Assembly: GCA_044238145.1 (NCBI GenBank)
Contig: JBIIDT010000005.1
Span: 4,938 to 68,937 of the forward strand
Source of the DNA: Pirellulales bacterium
GTDB lineage: Bacteria > Planctomycetota > Planctomycetia > Pirellulales > UBA1268
Direction: 5' to 3'
Length of the DNA: 64,000 nucleotides
Each line of letters starts with the position of its first letter. The stretch's first letter is position 1. Positions 41,755 to 52,869 of this stretch are shown here, in pieces. Both the position numbers and the translations under genes were made by a program. The notes under the pieces were generated by a model. That model made no database searches. It was not told the DNA's origin and saw nothing but the letters and a program-made list of their open reading frames with translations.

Positions 41755-42612
41755 TCACCTCAGTTTCAGCTGGCCGTATCGGCGGCTCTTGCGGCGGCGG
41801 ATGATCGCCGTGCTCGAGGGCTTGCGGGGCTTGCGGGTGCCACCACCCTTGGCGCTCTTGCCCGTCGGGCTCACCGGATGCCGGCCGCCCTTGGTCCGCC
41901 CCTCGCCACCGCCGTGCGGATGGTCGATCGGATTCATCGCCGTGCCGCGAACGTGCGGGCGGATGCCCATCCAGCGCGACCGGCCGGCCTTCCCGAGGCG
42001 GACGTTCATGTGGTCCGCGTTGCCGATCGCGCCGATCGTCGCCCGGCAGGCGGCGGGCACGCGGCGAATCTCGCCCGAGGGGAGCGTGAGCTGGGCCCAC
42101 TGGGCCTCGCGGGCCACGAGCACGGCCGACGAGCCGGCCGAGCGGCACAGGCGACCGCCGCGGCCCGCCTGGAGCTCGATGTTGTGGATCTGCATGCCCA
42201 GCGGGATCGCCGACATCGGCAGGCAGTTGCCCACCTCCGGCGGGGCCGCCGCGCCGCTCTGCAGGGTCGCCCCCACCTTCAGCCCCTCGGGGGCGAGGAT
42301 GTACCGCTTCTCGCCGTCGGCGTAGTGGACGAGCGCGACGCGGCAGGTGCGGTTGGGGTCGTACTGGATCGAGTGCACCGTCCCCGGCACGCCGTCCTTG
42401 TTGCGCCGGAAGTCGATGAGCCGATAGTGCTGCTTGTGGCCGCCGCCGCGATGGCGGGCCGTGATCTTGCCCTGGTTGTTGCGGCCGCCCGTCTTCCGCT
42501 TGCGGAACCGCAGACCCTTCGGCACCGCCGCGCCCGGCGTGAGCTCGGCGAAGTCGGAGACGCTGGCGCCGCGGCGGCCGGGGCTGGTCGGGTTGTAGCT
42601 GCGAATGCCCAT
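41755..42612 (-). CDS. rplB: 50S ribosomal protein L2
   Basis: [40 protein letters not shown]. Confidence 0.96.
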   Translation of the reverse strand: MGIRSYNPTSPGRRGASVSDFAELTPGAAVPKGLRFRKRKTGGRNNQGKITARHRGGGHKQHYRLIDFRRNKDGVPGTVHSIQYDPNRTCRVALVHYADGEKRYILAPEGLKVGATLQSGAAAPPEVGNCLPMSAIPLGMQIHNIELQAGRGGRLCRSAGSSAVLVAREAQWAQLTLPSGEIRRVPAACRATIGAIGNADHMNVRLGKAGRSRWMGIRPHVRGTAMNPIDHPHGGGEGRTKGGRHPVSPTGKSAKGGGTRKPRKPSSTAIIRRRKSRRYGQLKLR

Positions 42613-42625
42613 GGGATGGTCCGGT

Positions 42626-42946
42626 TCAGAAGAGGTTGATCTTGTTGTCGGGCTTGAGCTTCACCACGGCCTTCTTCCAGGCCTTGGCGGTCGTCCGCCG
42701 CACGCGGCTGCGGCGGGCCTTGCCCACGCGGTTCTGCACGGCGACCTTGTCGACCTTGACGTTGAACAGCTCCTCGACGGCCCGGCGGATGTCGGCCTTG
42801 GTCGCCTCGGCGACGACCTCGAACGAGTAGGCGTTGTGCCGGTTGGCCCGGTGCATGCCCTTCTCGGTGACGAGCGGCCGGACGATCACCTGGTGGGGAG
42901 CCAGCCGGGGCGTGAGCGCGGGGAGCGGGGGGACGGGAGCGGCCAT
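42626..42946 (-). CDS. rplW: 50S ribosomal protein L23
   Basis: [11 protein letters not shown]......AYSFEV...[19 protein letters not shown]....V.GK. Confidence 0.92.
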   Translation of the reverse strand: MAAPVPPLPALTPRLAPHQVIVRPLVTEKGMHRANRHNAYSFEVVAEATKADIRRAVEELFNVKVDKVAVQNRVGKARRSRVRRTTAKAWKKAVVKLKPDNKINLF

Positions 42947-42949
42947 GGC

Positions 42950-43651
42950 TTACTTCGTCTCCTTCTTGGCGGCCCGCTTCGCGGCCGGCCGCCTGGCGGC
43001 GGGCTTGCGGGCCGCCGGCTTCGCCTTCTCCTTCGCGGCGGCGCGGAAGGCGTCGATGGCTGCCTTCGTCATCACGATCGAGCGGGACCGCAGGATCGAC
43101 CAGGCGTTGAGTTCGGCCACCGGGGCGACCGACAGGCCGGCGATGTTGCGGGCGCTCTTCCAGACGTTGGCGTCGTGCTTCTCGGACGCGAGCAGGACCG
43201 TGGAATCGCCGAGCCCCATCCCCTTCAGCATCCGGGCCACGGCCGCGGTCTTCGGGGCGGCGATCGCCAGGGAGTCGACGACCCGCACCTCCTCGTCGGC
43301 GATCCGGGCGGCGAGCGCCATCCGGGTGGCGGCCTGCAGGGCCTTGCGGGGCATCCTCCAGCCGAAGTCGCGAGGCCGCTTGGCGAAGATGTGGCCGCCG
43401 CCACGCCGCGTGCCGCTCCGCCGGGCGCCGGCCCGGGCGTTGCCCGTGCCCTTCTGGCGATACAGCTTCTTGGTGGAGCCGGCCACCTCGCCGCGGGTCT
43501 TGGTCTTCTGCGTGCCCTGCCGCTGATTGGCCTGGTACATGACCACGGCGTCGTGCAGCAGCTGCTTGCTGACCGACGGAGCCAACTCGGCAGGATCGAT
43601 CTCGTACGAGCCGACCTTCTTGCCCGACATGTCGTAGACGGCGAGGTTCAC
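42950..43651 (-). CDS. rplD: 50S ribosomal protein L4 (Lys/Ala-rich C-terminal tail)
   Basis: [35 protein letters not shown] start overlaps the rplC stop. Confidence 0.93.
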   Translation of the reverse strand: MNLAVYDMSGKKVGSYEIDPAELAPSVSKQLLHDAVVMYQANQRQGTQKTKTRGEVAGSTKKLYRQKGTGNARAGARRSGTRRGGGHIFAKRPRDFGWRMPRKALQAATRMALAARIADEEVRVVDSLAIAAPKTAAVARMLKGMGLGDSTVLLASEKHDANVWKSARNIAGLSVAPVAELNAWSILRSRSIVMTKAAIDAFRAAAKEKAKPAARKPAARRPAAKRAAKKETK

Positions 43652-44424
43652 TTCGCACCAGCCTTCTTCTTGCCGCCGCCGGCCGGGCCGGCGGCCTTCT
43701 TGAACTTGTTCGTCTGCAGCACGGTGACGTAGCTGCCGTTGGGACCCGGCACGGCGCCGCGAATCAGCAGGAGATTGCCCTCCTTGTCGATCCGCACGAG
43801 CTTCACGTTCCGCATCGTCGACCGCTCGTTGCCGTAGCGGCCGGCCATCCGCTTGCCCTTGAAGACGCGGGCCGGCGAGGTATTCATGCTCGTGCCGCCC
43901 TGGTGACGGTGCACCTTCTTGACGCCGTGGCTGGCCCGCTGCCCCTTAAAGCCGTGCCGCTTCATGACGCCGGCCGTACCGCGGCCCTTGGTGACGCCGG
44001 TGACGTCGACGAACTCGACGCCCTCGAAGACGTCGACCGTGAGCACCTGCCCCACGGCCACGCCCTCGTACACGCCCCGCAACTCGCGGACGAACCGCTT
44101 CGGCTCGCAGTCGGCCTTGGCCACCGCCTCGACGCCCGCCGCCGCCAGCCGCTTGGACCGGCGGCCGTCGAGTTTCGCCACCTGGCCGCGAACCGACCGG
44201 CTGGCCAGCCGCCTCGGCTTGTCGAGGAACCCGATCTGGATGCCGGCGTAGCCGTCCCGCTCGGGCGACCGCACCATCGTCACGGGACACGGCCCGGCTT
44301 CGATCACGGTGACCGGCACCACGGCACCACTGGCGTCGAAGATCTGCGTCATGCCGACCTTCCGGCCCAACAATCCCTTGCGGCCGGCCTTGTCGGAGGT
44401 CTTCTTCGTGGCAGCCATGATCAT
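43648..44424 (-). CDS. rplC: 50S ribosomal protein L3
   Basis: [32 protein letters not shown] and SHG....HR..GS. Start is uncertain (ATG 44424 or 44418). The ORF-track GTG 44442 lies inside a 10-bp hairpin arm. Confidence 0.9.
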   Translation of the reverse strand: MIMAATKKTSDKAGRKGLLGRKVGMTQIFDASGAVVPVTVIEAGPCPVTMVRSPERDGYAGIQIGFLDKPRRLASRSVRGQVAKLDGRRSKRLAAAGVEAVAKADCEPKRFVRELRGVYEGVAVGQVLTVDVFEGVEFVDVTGVTKGRGTAGVMKRHGFKGQRASHGVKKVHRHQGGTSMNTSPARVFKGKRMAGRYGNERSTMRNVKLVRIDKEGNLLLIRGAVPGPNGSYVTVLQTNKFKKAAGPAGGGKKKAGAK

Positions 44425-44431
44425 CGCAGTC

Positions 44432-44487
44432 GAGACCGGCACTCGTGGCGACGGCGGCCGCAGGGCCCCCGCCGGATTGCCGGTCTC
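44432..44487 (-). promoter_or_regulatory. nested GC-rich hairpin in the rpsJ-rplC spacer
   Basis: Perfect 10-bp inverted repeat GAGACCGGCA (44432-44441) / TGCCGGTCTC (44478-44487) enclosing CGGCGG (44452-44457) / CCGCCG (44469-44474). Confidence 0.45.
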
Positions 44488-44603
44488 TGGTTCACGCTCG
44501 AAGCCGTCGGCTACGGGAGCGTCCGGAGCAAACCCCGGACCTTACCCGCAACGCCTTCCAAGCATGCCGTGTCGTGCGCTCCTGTGTGGTTCCTGGATAT
44601 GAC

Positions 44604-44930
44604 TCAGCGGGACGAAGCCTTGATCTTGATGTCGACGCCGGCGGGCAGGCTCAACTTGTTGAGCGCCTCGATCGTCTTGGCCGTCGCCTGGACGATGTCG
44701 ATGACCCGCTTGTGGGTGCGGATCTCGTACTGCTGGCGGGCCTTCTTGTCGATGTGCGGGCTGGAAAGCACGGTGTATCGCTCGATCCGCGTGGGGAGCG
44801 GGATCGGGCCGTGCACCTCGGAGTTCGTCCGCTTGGCGGTGTCGACGATCTCGGCCGCGCTCTGGTCGAGCACGACGTGGTCGTAGGCCTCCATGCGAAT
44901 GCGGATGATCTCTTGTGTCGGACCGGCCAC
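44604..44930 (-). CDS. rpsJ: 30S ribosomal protein S10
   Basis: [27 protein letters not shown]...GPIPLPT...YTVL.SPH.DKK.R.Q.E.RTHKR.IDI. GTG start with GGAG 7 nt upstream. Confidence 0.95.
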   Translation of the reverse strand: MAGPTQEIIRIRMEAYDHVVLDQSAAEIVDTAKRTNSEVHGPIPLPTRIERYTVLSSPHIDKKARQQYEIRTHKRVIDIVQATAKTIEALNKLSLPAGVDIKIKASSR

Positions 44931-45128
44931 GGGGCAACTCCAATCAATCCTGCGGACAACGACCTATGCGAACACGGAAACTCGGGACACGGAGACCGCG
45001 GGCTCTCCGCCGACAGCCGGCCGACAGGGCACGGATGCCCGCGGCACTCGAAAAGCCCCGGGGAGGGGCCCTTGGCGACGCCCTCCCACGGCCGGGGGGC
45101 CGGGAGCGTCACGACGGTCGAGCCACGG

Positions 45129-45157
45129 AATCTACGGTCGGCCGACCGAGGTGTCAA
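45129..45157 (-). promoter_or_regulatory. candidate S10-operon promoter
   Basis: Minus strand reads TTGACA-N17-TAGATT (perfect -35). This predicts a leader of about 190 nt before the rpsJ GTG, containing the hairpin GGGAGGG-N13-CCCTCCC (45061-45087). Confidence 0.5.
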
Positions 45158-45245
45158 CGGGCTGGGATTTCAAGCCTTTCTTGCCGCCGACGACTGCCTG
45201 CCTCATGCCCGCTCACCAACGGACCGCGCAGCGCAACGGCCCACC

Positions 45246-45273
45246 TTGCCGCGCAGCAGTCGCGTAATACAAT
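45246..45273 (+). promoter_or_regulatory. candidate promoter of the RHH-PIN operon
   Basis: TTGCCG-N16-TACAAT. The -10 ends 7 nt before ATG 45281, implying a leaderless or near-leaderless mRNA. Confidence 0.4.
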
Positions 45274-45280
45274 GTATTAC
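45264..45280. promoter_or_regulatory. operator-like palindrome
   Basis: GTAATACA-a-TGTATTAC is a perfect 8-bp inverted repeat. It overlaps the -10 element and abuts the antitoxin start codon. It is the most AT-rich 17-mer in the neighbourhood. Confidence 0.55.
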
Positions 45281-45499
45281 ATGGATACGACGCTCACCGT
45301 CCGGGTTCCGCCCGACCTGAAGCGGCAGCTTGACGCCCTGAGTCGCCGCACGCATCGCTCGTCAAGCGAACTTGTTCGCGAGTCCCTGCGCCGCTTCATC
45401 GCCAGCGAACAGATCGCCGCGGTACGGAAGATGACGATGCCGCTCGCCGAGGCACAGGGTTTTGTCACCGACGAAGACGTCTTCAAGGCCATTTCGTGA
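45281..45499 (+). CDS. ribbon-helix-helix (CopG/Arc-like) antitoxin
   Basis: MDTTLTVRVPPDLKRQLDALSRRTHRSSSELVRESLRRFI is a classic RHH beta-strand plus two helices. 72 aa. Its stop overlaps the toxin GTG. An alternative ATG lies at 45272. Confidence 0.8.
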   Translation: MDTTLTVRVPPDLKRQLDALSRRTHRSSSELVRESLRRFIASEQIAAVRKMTMPLAEAQGFVTDEDVFKAIS

Positions 45500-45894
45500 G
45501 GGTGGTGCTCGACACCAATGTGCTGCTGGCGGGTTTCGCCACTCACGGGCTCTGCGAGGCGTTACTCACACTCGTCTATCGGGACCACATCGTCATCCTG
45601 TCGGAGCACATTCTCGACGAGGTGGCGCGGCACTATCGCGGCAAGTTCAAGGCCACCAAGTCCCAGACCGAGGCCGTGGTCGCCGTGCTGCGGTCCAGCA
45701 GTGAAGTCGTGCAGCCGGCGGCGGTGCCGCGTGGCACGCTGCGTGACCCGGATGACCTGCCGGTGCTCGGCACGGCGGTCGCCGGCGCCGTGTCTTGCCT
45801 CGTCACCGGAGACCAGGAACTCCTGGCTCTCGCTGGATATCTGGGGGTCGAGATCCTGTCGCCCCGGGCCTTCTACGACCGGCTGCGGGGTTGA
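45496..45894 (+). CDS. PIN-domain toxin (VapC-like, PIN_3 type)
   Basis: VVLDTNVLL (Asp 1), SEHILDEV, DPDDLPVLGTAV and LVTGDQELL acidic residues are in PIN spacing. 132 aa. GC is visibly lower than in neighbouring genes. Confidence 0.8.
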   Translation: MRVVLDTNVLLAGFATHGLCEALLTLVYRDHIVILSEHILDEVARHYRGKFKATKSQTEAVVAVLRSSSEVVQPAAVPRGTLRDPDDLPVLGTAVAGAVSCLVTGDQELLALAGYLGVEILSPRAFYDRLRG

Positions 45895-46015
45895 GATGTG
45901 ACCTGCCCCATGCCTGATCCAGCCGGCCGCTGCAGCCGCCATGACTTTCTCGCCACGGCCGCTGGGCGGGGACTGACACGATCGAGCAGTCTTGCCTCCG
46001 CGCGTGCCTCGGACT

Positions 46016-46204
46016 TCAAGGCTGCGGGTCGGCGTCGTCCGGCAGGATAAACGGCTCCGACGCCTTGCCCGTCATGCCGCGATATTTGGCGGCGATCCCG
46101 CTGACGGCATCGGCCAGCCGCTCGTGGGCCCGCATGAACCGCCAGGCGATCCAGATGGACAGGGCCCACGACACGAGCATCGAGAGCAACACGAGCGGTT
46201 CCAT
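46016..46204 (-). CDS. hypothetical 62-aa single-pass membrane protein
   Basis: MEPLVLLSMLVSWALSIWIAWRFMRAHE... GGAGGG lies 8 nt upstream of the ATG. Sits 72 nt downstream of the EF-G paralogue on the same strand. Confidence 0.4.
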   Translation of the reverse strand: MEPLVLLSMLVSWALSIWIAWRFMRAHERLADAVSGIAAKYRGMTGKASEPFILPDDADPQP

Positions 46205-46276
46205 GCATCATTCCCTCCGCGGAGACTCGTCAACCCGCGGGCACAGTGTACCCACCCCGGCCGCCCGGCACGGCCT

Positions 46277-48391
<2,115 letters not shown>

Positions 48392-48423
48392 GCAGGACAT
48401 CCTTCGTTCTGAGACATTCGCGA

Positions 48424-48564
48424 GGCTCGGGGCTGCCCATCCCCTCGAGACGGCGTAGACGGCAAGCGGAGCCATGGATGGCGGAGCGCAGCCGTCTCCG
48501 AGCGAGCGAAGTCCAGGATGGACGCAGCGAGCGTCCGGCGAGAGGGTGTGGGCAGCCCCGAGCC
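48424..48564 (-). promoter_or_regulatory. 141-nt three-helix structured intergenic element (function unknown)
   Basis: Perfect 16-bp closing inverted repeat GGCTCGGGGCTGCCCA / TGGGCAGCCCCGAGCC. Inner 12-bp bulged helix 48444-48454 / 48491-48502. Hairpin GGACGC-AGCGA-GCGTCC at 48520-48536. Confidence 0.5.
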
Positions 48565-48623
48565 GGTGGGGCGCACCAAGCACAGACGCCCGCGAAATTC
48601 GTCGGGAATCCGTCGCGTCCCCA

Positions 48624-50480
48624 TCACATCCGCTCCACGGCGCCGATGCCGAGCACTTCCAGGCCCTTTCGCAGGATGCGGCCGGTGAGGTCGCAGAGGG
48701 CGAGCCGGCTCGCCCGCTCGGGGCCCTCCGCCTTGAGAACCGGCAGCGAGTCGTAGAACGCCGAGTAGCAGCCGGCGAGGTCGTAGAGCCAGGTCGTGAG
48801 CAGGTTCGGCCGGTAGTCGGCCTCGACGTCCTCCAGGGCCTCGGAGAACCGCAGCAGCTCCAGGGCCAGCGCCCGCTCCTGGGGGGCCGGGACCAGCACG
48901 CCGTGGCAGTCCCGCCGCAGGGCGGCCCGGTCGACGCCCCCCTTCGTGAAGATCCCCTCCACGCGGGCGGCGGCGTACTGCATGTAGGCCGCCGTGTTGC
49001 CCTTGAGTTCGAGCATCTTGTCGAAGCTGAACACGTAGTCGGTGGTCCGGTTCTGGCACAGGTCCGCGTACTTGATGGCGCCGATGCCGACGGTCTCGGC
49101 CACGTGGCGGCGGTCGGCGTCGGTCATCCCGGCCCGGCCCTCGTCGCCCGCGCCCACGATCGCCGCCGCCCGCTCCACGCCCTCGTCGAGCAGGGCCTCG
49201 AGGCCGACGGTGTCGCCGGCCCGGGTCTTGAACGGCCGGCCGTCCTCGCCGAGCACCGTCCCGAAGCCGACGTGCACGAGCTGGACGCCGTCGATGCCGG
49301 CCGGCCCCCAGCGGCGGGCCGTGGCGAACACCTGATCGAAGTGCTCGCTCTGGCGATGGTCGACGACGTACAGGATCCGGTCGGGCTTCCAGTGCTCGAG
49401 CCGCCAGCGGATCGTGGCCAGGTCGGTGGTCGCGTAGAGGAAGGCGCCGTCGGCCTTGCGGACCAGCAGCGGCGGCGCGTCGTCGCCGCGGAGAAAGACG
49501 CCGATCGCCCCCCGGCTCTCCCGGGCGAGCCCCCGGGCCAGCAGGTCGTCCACGGTCGCCGCCAGGAACGGCTGGAAGAAGCTCTCGCCGAGCGTGTGGT
49601 CGAAGGAGACGTGCAGCCGCGTGTAGAGCCGGTCGATCTCGGCCCGGCAGACCGGCATGAACCGCTCCCACAACGCCCGGTTCTCCGGGTCCCCCTCGTG
49701 GAGCTTCGCCGTCTCGAGGAGCACCTCGCGACCGGCGGCGGGGAACCGTGCCGCCAGCGCCGCCGCCTCGGGGTCGGCCGCCAGTTCCTCGGGCTTCGCA
49801 TCGGCCACCTTGCGGACGAGCCGGTAGAGCCGGCCGAGCTCGGCCGTCGGATCGGCCGCGAAGGCCTCGTCGTCGCGGCAGTGCTTCCAGCCCCAGAGGA
49901 TCATCCCGAACTGGGTACCCCAGTCGCCGAGGTGGTTGTCGGTGATCACGTGGTGGCCGCGGAACCGGAGGATCCGGGCGAGGGCGTCGCCGATCACGGT
50001 CGAGCGGATGTGCCCCACGTGCATCGGCTTGGCGACGTTGGGGGAGCTGAAGTCGACGACGATCGTCTCCGGGGCGGGCACCGGCGGCACGCCGAGCCGC
50101 TCGTCGGCCACGGCCGCCACCACCGCGGCCGCCAGGGCGTCGTCGCGGACGCGGACGTTGATGAAGCCCGGGCCGACCGGTTCGCCCGGCGGCGCGAAGA
50201 CGGCCGCGTAGCCCGGGGCCTCCGCCAGCCGGGCGGCGATCTCCACGGCCACGTCCCGCGGCTTCCGCCCGGCCCGCTTCGCCAGCCCCATCGCCATGGT
50301 GCCCGAGTAGTCGCCAAACTTCGCGTCGGCCGTCTCGCGGACCATCTCGAGCAGCGCCGGCATGTCCGCCGGGTCGAGCGGCACCACGCCGTCGGCGGCG
50401 AGCCGCTCGAGGGCCGCGCGGAAGGCGTCCCGCAGCGTCGCCCGGAGGCTCGCGCGGCCGATCGGGACGGCGCCGCTCAT
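48624..50480 (-). CDS. argS: arginine--tRNA ligase
   Basis: Internal ATG 50480. SSPNVAKPMHVGHIRST (HIGH region), YVVDHRQSEHF, GFG.V.G.DG.PFKTRAGDTV and a C-terminal DALR anticodon-binding part. Confidence 0.92.
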   Translation of the reverse strand: MSGAVPIGRASLRATLRDAFRAALERLAADGVVPLDPADMPALLEMVRETADAKFGDYSGTMAMGLAKRAGRKPRDVAVEIAARLAEAPGYAAVFAPPGEPVGPGFINVRVRDDALAAAVVAAVADERLGVPPVPAPETIVVDFSSPNVAKPMHVGHIRSTVIGDALARILRFRGHHVITDNHLGDWGTQFGMILWGWKHCRDDEAFAADPTAELGRLYRLVRKVADAKPEELAADPEAAALAARFPAAGREVLLETAKLHEGDPENRALWERFMPVCRAEIDRLYTRLHVSFDHTLGESFFQPFLAATVDDLLARGLARESRGAIGVFLRGDDAPPLLVRKADGAFLYATTDLATIRWRLEHWKPDRILYVVDHRQSEHFDQVFATARRWGPAGIDGVQLVHVGFGTVLGEDGRPFKTRAGDTVGLEALLDEGVERAAAIVGAGDEGRAGMTDADRRHVAETVGIGAIKYADLCQNRTTDYVFSFDKMLELKGNTAAYMQYAAARVEGIFTKGGVDRAALRRDCHGVLVPAPQERALALELLRFSEALEDVEADYRPNLLTTWLYDLAGCYSAFYDSLPVLKAEGPERASRLALCDLTGRILRKGLEVLGIGAVERM

Positions 50481-50992
50481 CGGCCCGCCCCGGCGGGCAG
50501 CGGAACCGCCTTGGCGCCGCTCCACAGCTGCTCGATGTCCCAGTACTCGCGGGCGGCGCTGTCGAACAGGTGGACCATCACGTCGCCGTAGTCGAGGACG
50601 ATCCAGCGGCCCTCCTCGTAGCCCTCGCCCCCGCGCTTACGGTCCTTGAGCTCGGCCTTGACGACCTTCTCGATCTCGTCCGCGATCGCGTGCAGCTGGC
50701 GGCGGCTCGCACCGGTGGCGACGACGAAGTAATCGAACACCGGGGTGAGCCCCCGGAGGTCGAGGACCCGCACGTCGGTGCCGCGGGACTCCTCGGCCAC
50801 GCGGGCGGCCGTGAGCGCCAGCGTTCGCGCGGCCTCCTCGCGGGCGGCTGGCCTGTCGGCGGGCTGGCGGGGGCTGGTCACTGCAGTCGGGGGCTCCAGG
50901 GCGAGGTCGGTCGATGGCGCGGGGATTCTAACCAAAGTTTTCTCCCATCTGGGTTTTCCGATGGTCGGGGCCACTCCCTCACGAATCCGCAC
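50477..50992 (-). CDS. rsfS: ribosome silencing factor RsfS (start uncertain; ~55-aa N-terminal extension if ATG 50992)
   Basis: DVRVLDLRGLTPVFDYFVVATGASRRQLHAIADEI...WIVLDYGDVMVHLF....REYWDIEQLW. Its stop overlaps the argS ATG (ATGA). Confidence 0.85.
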   Translation of the reverse strand: MRIREGVAPTIGKPRWEKTLVRIPAPSTDLALEPPTAVTSPRQPADRPAAREEAARTLALTAARVAEESRGTDVRVLDLRGLTPVFDYFVVATGASRRQLHAIADEIEKVVKAELKDRKRGGEGYEEGRWIVLDYGDVMVHLFDSAAREYWDIEQLWSGAKAVPLPAGAGR

Positions 50993-51000
50993 CCCGCGAG

Positions 51001-51837
51001 TCAGCGGCTGCAGGCCCGCTCGGCGGCCAGCGCCATCCCGGCGAGGACGAGGTCGGCCAGTTCGACGGCCCCCGGCAGGCAGTCGCGGACGATGCCCGCC
51101 GAGCCGCCGGTGAGGAACACCTGCGCGGCGCCGGCGAACGGCCGCTGGGCCTCAGCCACGATCCGGGCGACGGCGCCGCGGATGCCCCAGCCGATACCGG
51201 CGGCGATCGCCTCCTCGGTGGAGCGGCCCGGGAACGCCGGGGGCGGGGCGTGGTCGAGGGCGGCCACCTCCGGCAGCCGGCTCGTCCCCTCGGCGAGCGC
51301 CCGCGCCATGAGCGCGGGACCGGGCAGGATCGACCCGCCCAGAAAGTCACCGGCGGCCGAGACGAGGTTCACGGTCGTCGCCGTGCCGCAGTCGACGACG
51401 ATCGCCGGCCGTGCCGCATCCTTCAGGAGCGCCGCGGCGGCGGCCCCCGCGAGCCGGTCGATGCCGACGCGGTGCGGTTCGGCGACGAGCACCTGGAGCG
51501 GCAGGTCGGTGTGGCCGATCCGCCGCTGGCGCACGGCGCGGTGCCGCGTCGCCGACACCTCGGCGACCGCCGCCTCCAACCGCACGGCGGCGGCCTCGTG
51601 CACGCTGCCGACGAGCAGCACCGCCGGTCCGGGAGCCACGCCCGCCAGCCAGGCCTCCAGGTTCGCCGGCCGGAAGTCGCGGCTCATCAGATCCTGGCGG
51701 CGGGTGATGCGGGGCAACGGCCGGCCTGGCCCGTGATCGTGGTCCGCGACCACGGCCAGCTTGATCCGCGTGTTGCCCACGTCGGCGAGCAGCACGGTGT
51801 CGCCGCGACAGATCGACGGGCCGCGGGTCGCGGTCAT
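51001..51837 (-). CDS. coaX: type III pantothenate kinase
   Basis: LLADVGNTRIKLAVV, GIDRL, VVDCGTATTV, GGSILPG and FLTGGSA blocks. Confidence 0.88.
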   Translation of the reverse strand: MTATRGPSICRGDTVLLADVGNTRIKLAVVADHDHGPGRPLPRITRRQDLMSRDFRPANLEAWLAGVAPGPAVLLVGSVHEAAAVRLEAAVAEVSATRHRAVRQRRIGHTDLPLQVLVAEPHRVGIDRLAGAAAAALLKDAARPAIVVDCGTATTVNLVSAAGDFLGGSILPGPALMARALAEGTSRLPEVAALDHAPPPAFPGRSTEEAIAAGIGWGIRGAVARIVAEAQRPFAGAAQVFLTGGSAGIVRDCLPGAVELADLVLAGMALAAERACSR

Positions 51838-52835
51838 GCGGCACCGCCCCTGCGGTCGAGTTCCGCCACGATGGCCCGCACCAGGGCGTCGAGCCCGAAG
51901 CCGGTGGCGGCACTGATGCCGAGCACGTTCCGGCCGATCGCGGCGGCGAGGGCCGCGCGGACCTCCTCGGCCCCCGGCAGTTCGGACTTGCTCACCGCCA
52001 CGATCTCGGGCCGGGCCCCGAGCGCCGCATCGTACCGCTCGAGTTCGTCGCGGATGGCCCGGTAGTTCGCCAGCGGCTCGGTGCCGTCGGCCGGGAACGG
52101 CTCGACCACGTGGACGAGGATGCCCGCCCGCTCGACGTGCCTGAGGAACTCGTGGCCCAGGCCCACCCCGGCGTGCGCGCCCTCGATGAGCCCGGGCAGA
52201 TCCGCGAGCACGAAGCTCCGGTCGAGGGACACGGCCACGATCCCCAGGTTCGGGGTCTTGGTGGTGAAGGCGTAGTCGGCGATCTCCGGGCGGGCCCGGG
52301 AGAGCCGGGAGAGGAGCGTGCTCTTGCCGGCGTTCGGCTTGCCGACGAGCCCCACGTCCGCGATCACCTTGAGCTCAAGGAGCAGCCGACGGCTCTCGCC
52401 GGTCTCGCCCGGCGTCGTCTCCCGCGGCGCCCGGTTCGTCGACGACTTGAAGTGCAGGTTGCCCCAGCCGCCGCCGCCCCCCTTCGCGGCCACGATCGCT
52501 TCGCCCGGCGCCGCGAGGTCCTTGAGCACGAGGCCCGTCGCCTCGTCGATCACGATCGTGCCGGGCGGCACGAGCAGCGTCAGGTCGGCGGCACTCCGAC
52601 CCTGGCAATTGGCCGGCCCGCCGGACGTACCGTGGTCGGCCCGCCACTGCCGCCGATGGGCGAGCGCGGCGAGCGAATCGACACCCGCCCGCGCCTCGAG
52701 GATCACGCTGCCGCCGTCGCCACCGTCACCGCCGTCAGGGCCGCCCTTGGGGATGTACTTCTCCCGGCGGAAGCTGCACATGCCGCGGCCGCCGTTGCCG
52801 CCGACGACCTCGATCTGGACGCGATCCACGAACAC
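51834..52835 (-). CDS. obg: GTPase Obg/CgtA
   Basis: MFVDRVQIEVVGGNGGRGMCSFRREKYIPKGGPDGGDGGDGGSV, GLVGKPNAGKSTLLS and DLPGLIEGA. ATGA overlap with coaX. Confidence 0.93.
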   Translation of the reverse strand: MFVDRVQIEVVGGNGGRGMCSFRREKYIPKGGPDGGDGGDGGSVILEARAGVDSLAALAHRRQWRADHGTSGGPANCQGRSAADLTLLVPPGTIVIDEATGLVLKDLAAPGEAIVAAKGGGGGWGNLHFKSSTNRAPRETTPGETGESRRLLLELKVIADVGLVGKPNAGKSTLLSRLSRARPEIADYAFTTKTPNLGIVAVSLDRSFVLADLPGLIEGAHAGVGLGHEFLRHVERAGILVHVVEPFPADGTEPLANYRAIRDELERYDAALGARPEIVAVSKSELPGAEEVRAALAAAIGRNVLGISAATGFGLDALVRAIVAELDRRGGAA

Positions 52836-52869
52836 GCCGGCACCTCGCGGGCGGGACCCGCACCGGCAG

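Noticed and set aside
48424-48564. Element as an intrinsic terminator or a MITE
   Set aside because: No U-tract follows the closing stem on either strand, so it is not a canonical terminator. No target-site duplication is visible and no second copy was noticed in this window, so the MITE idea is kept only as an untested alternative in the finding.
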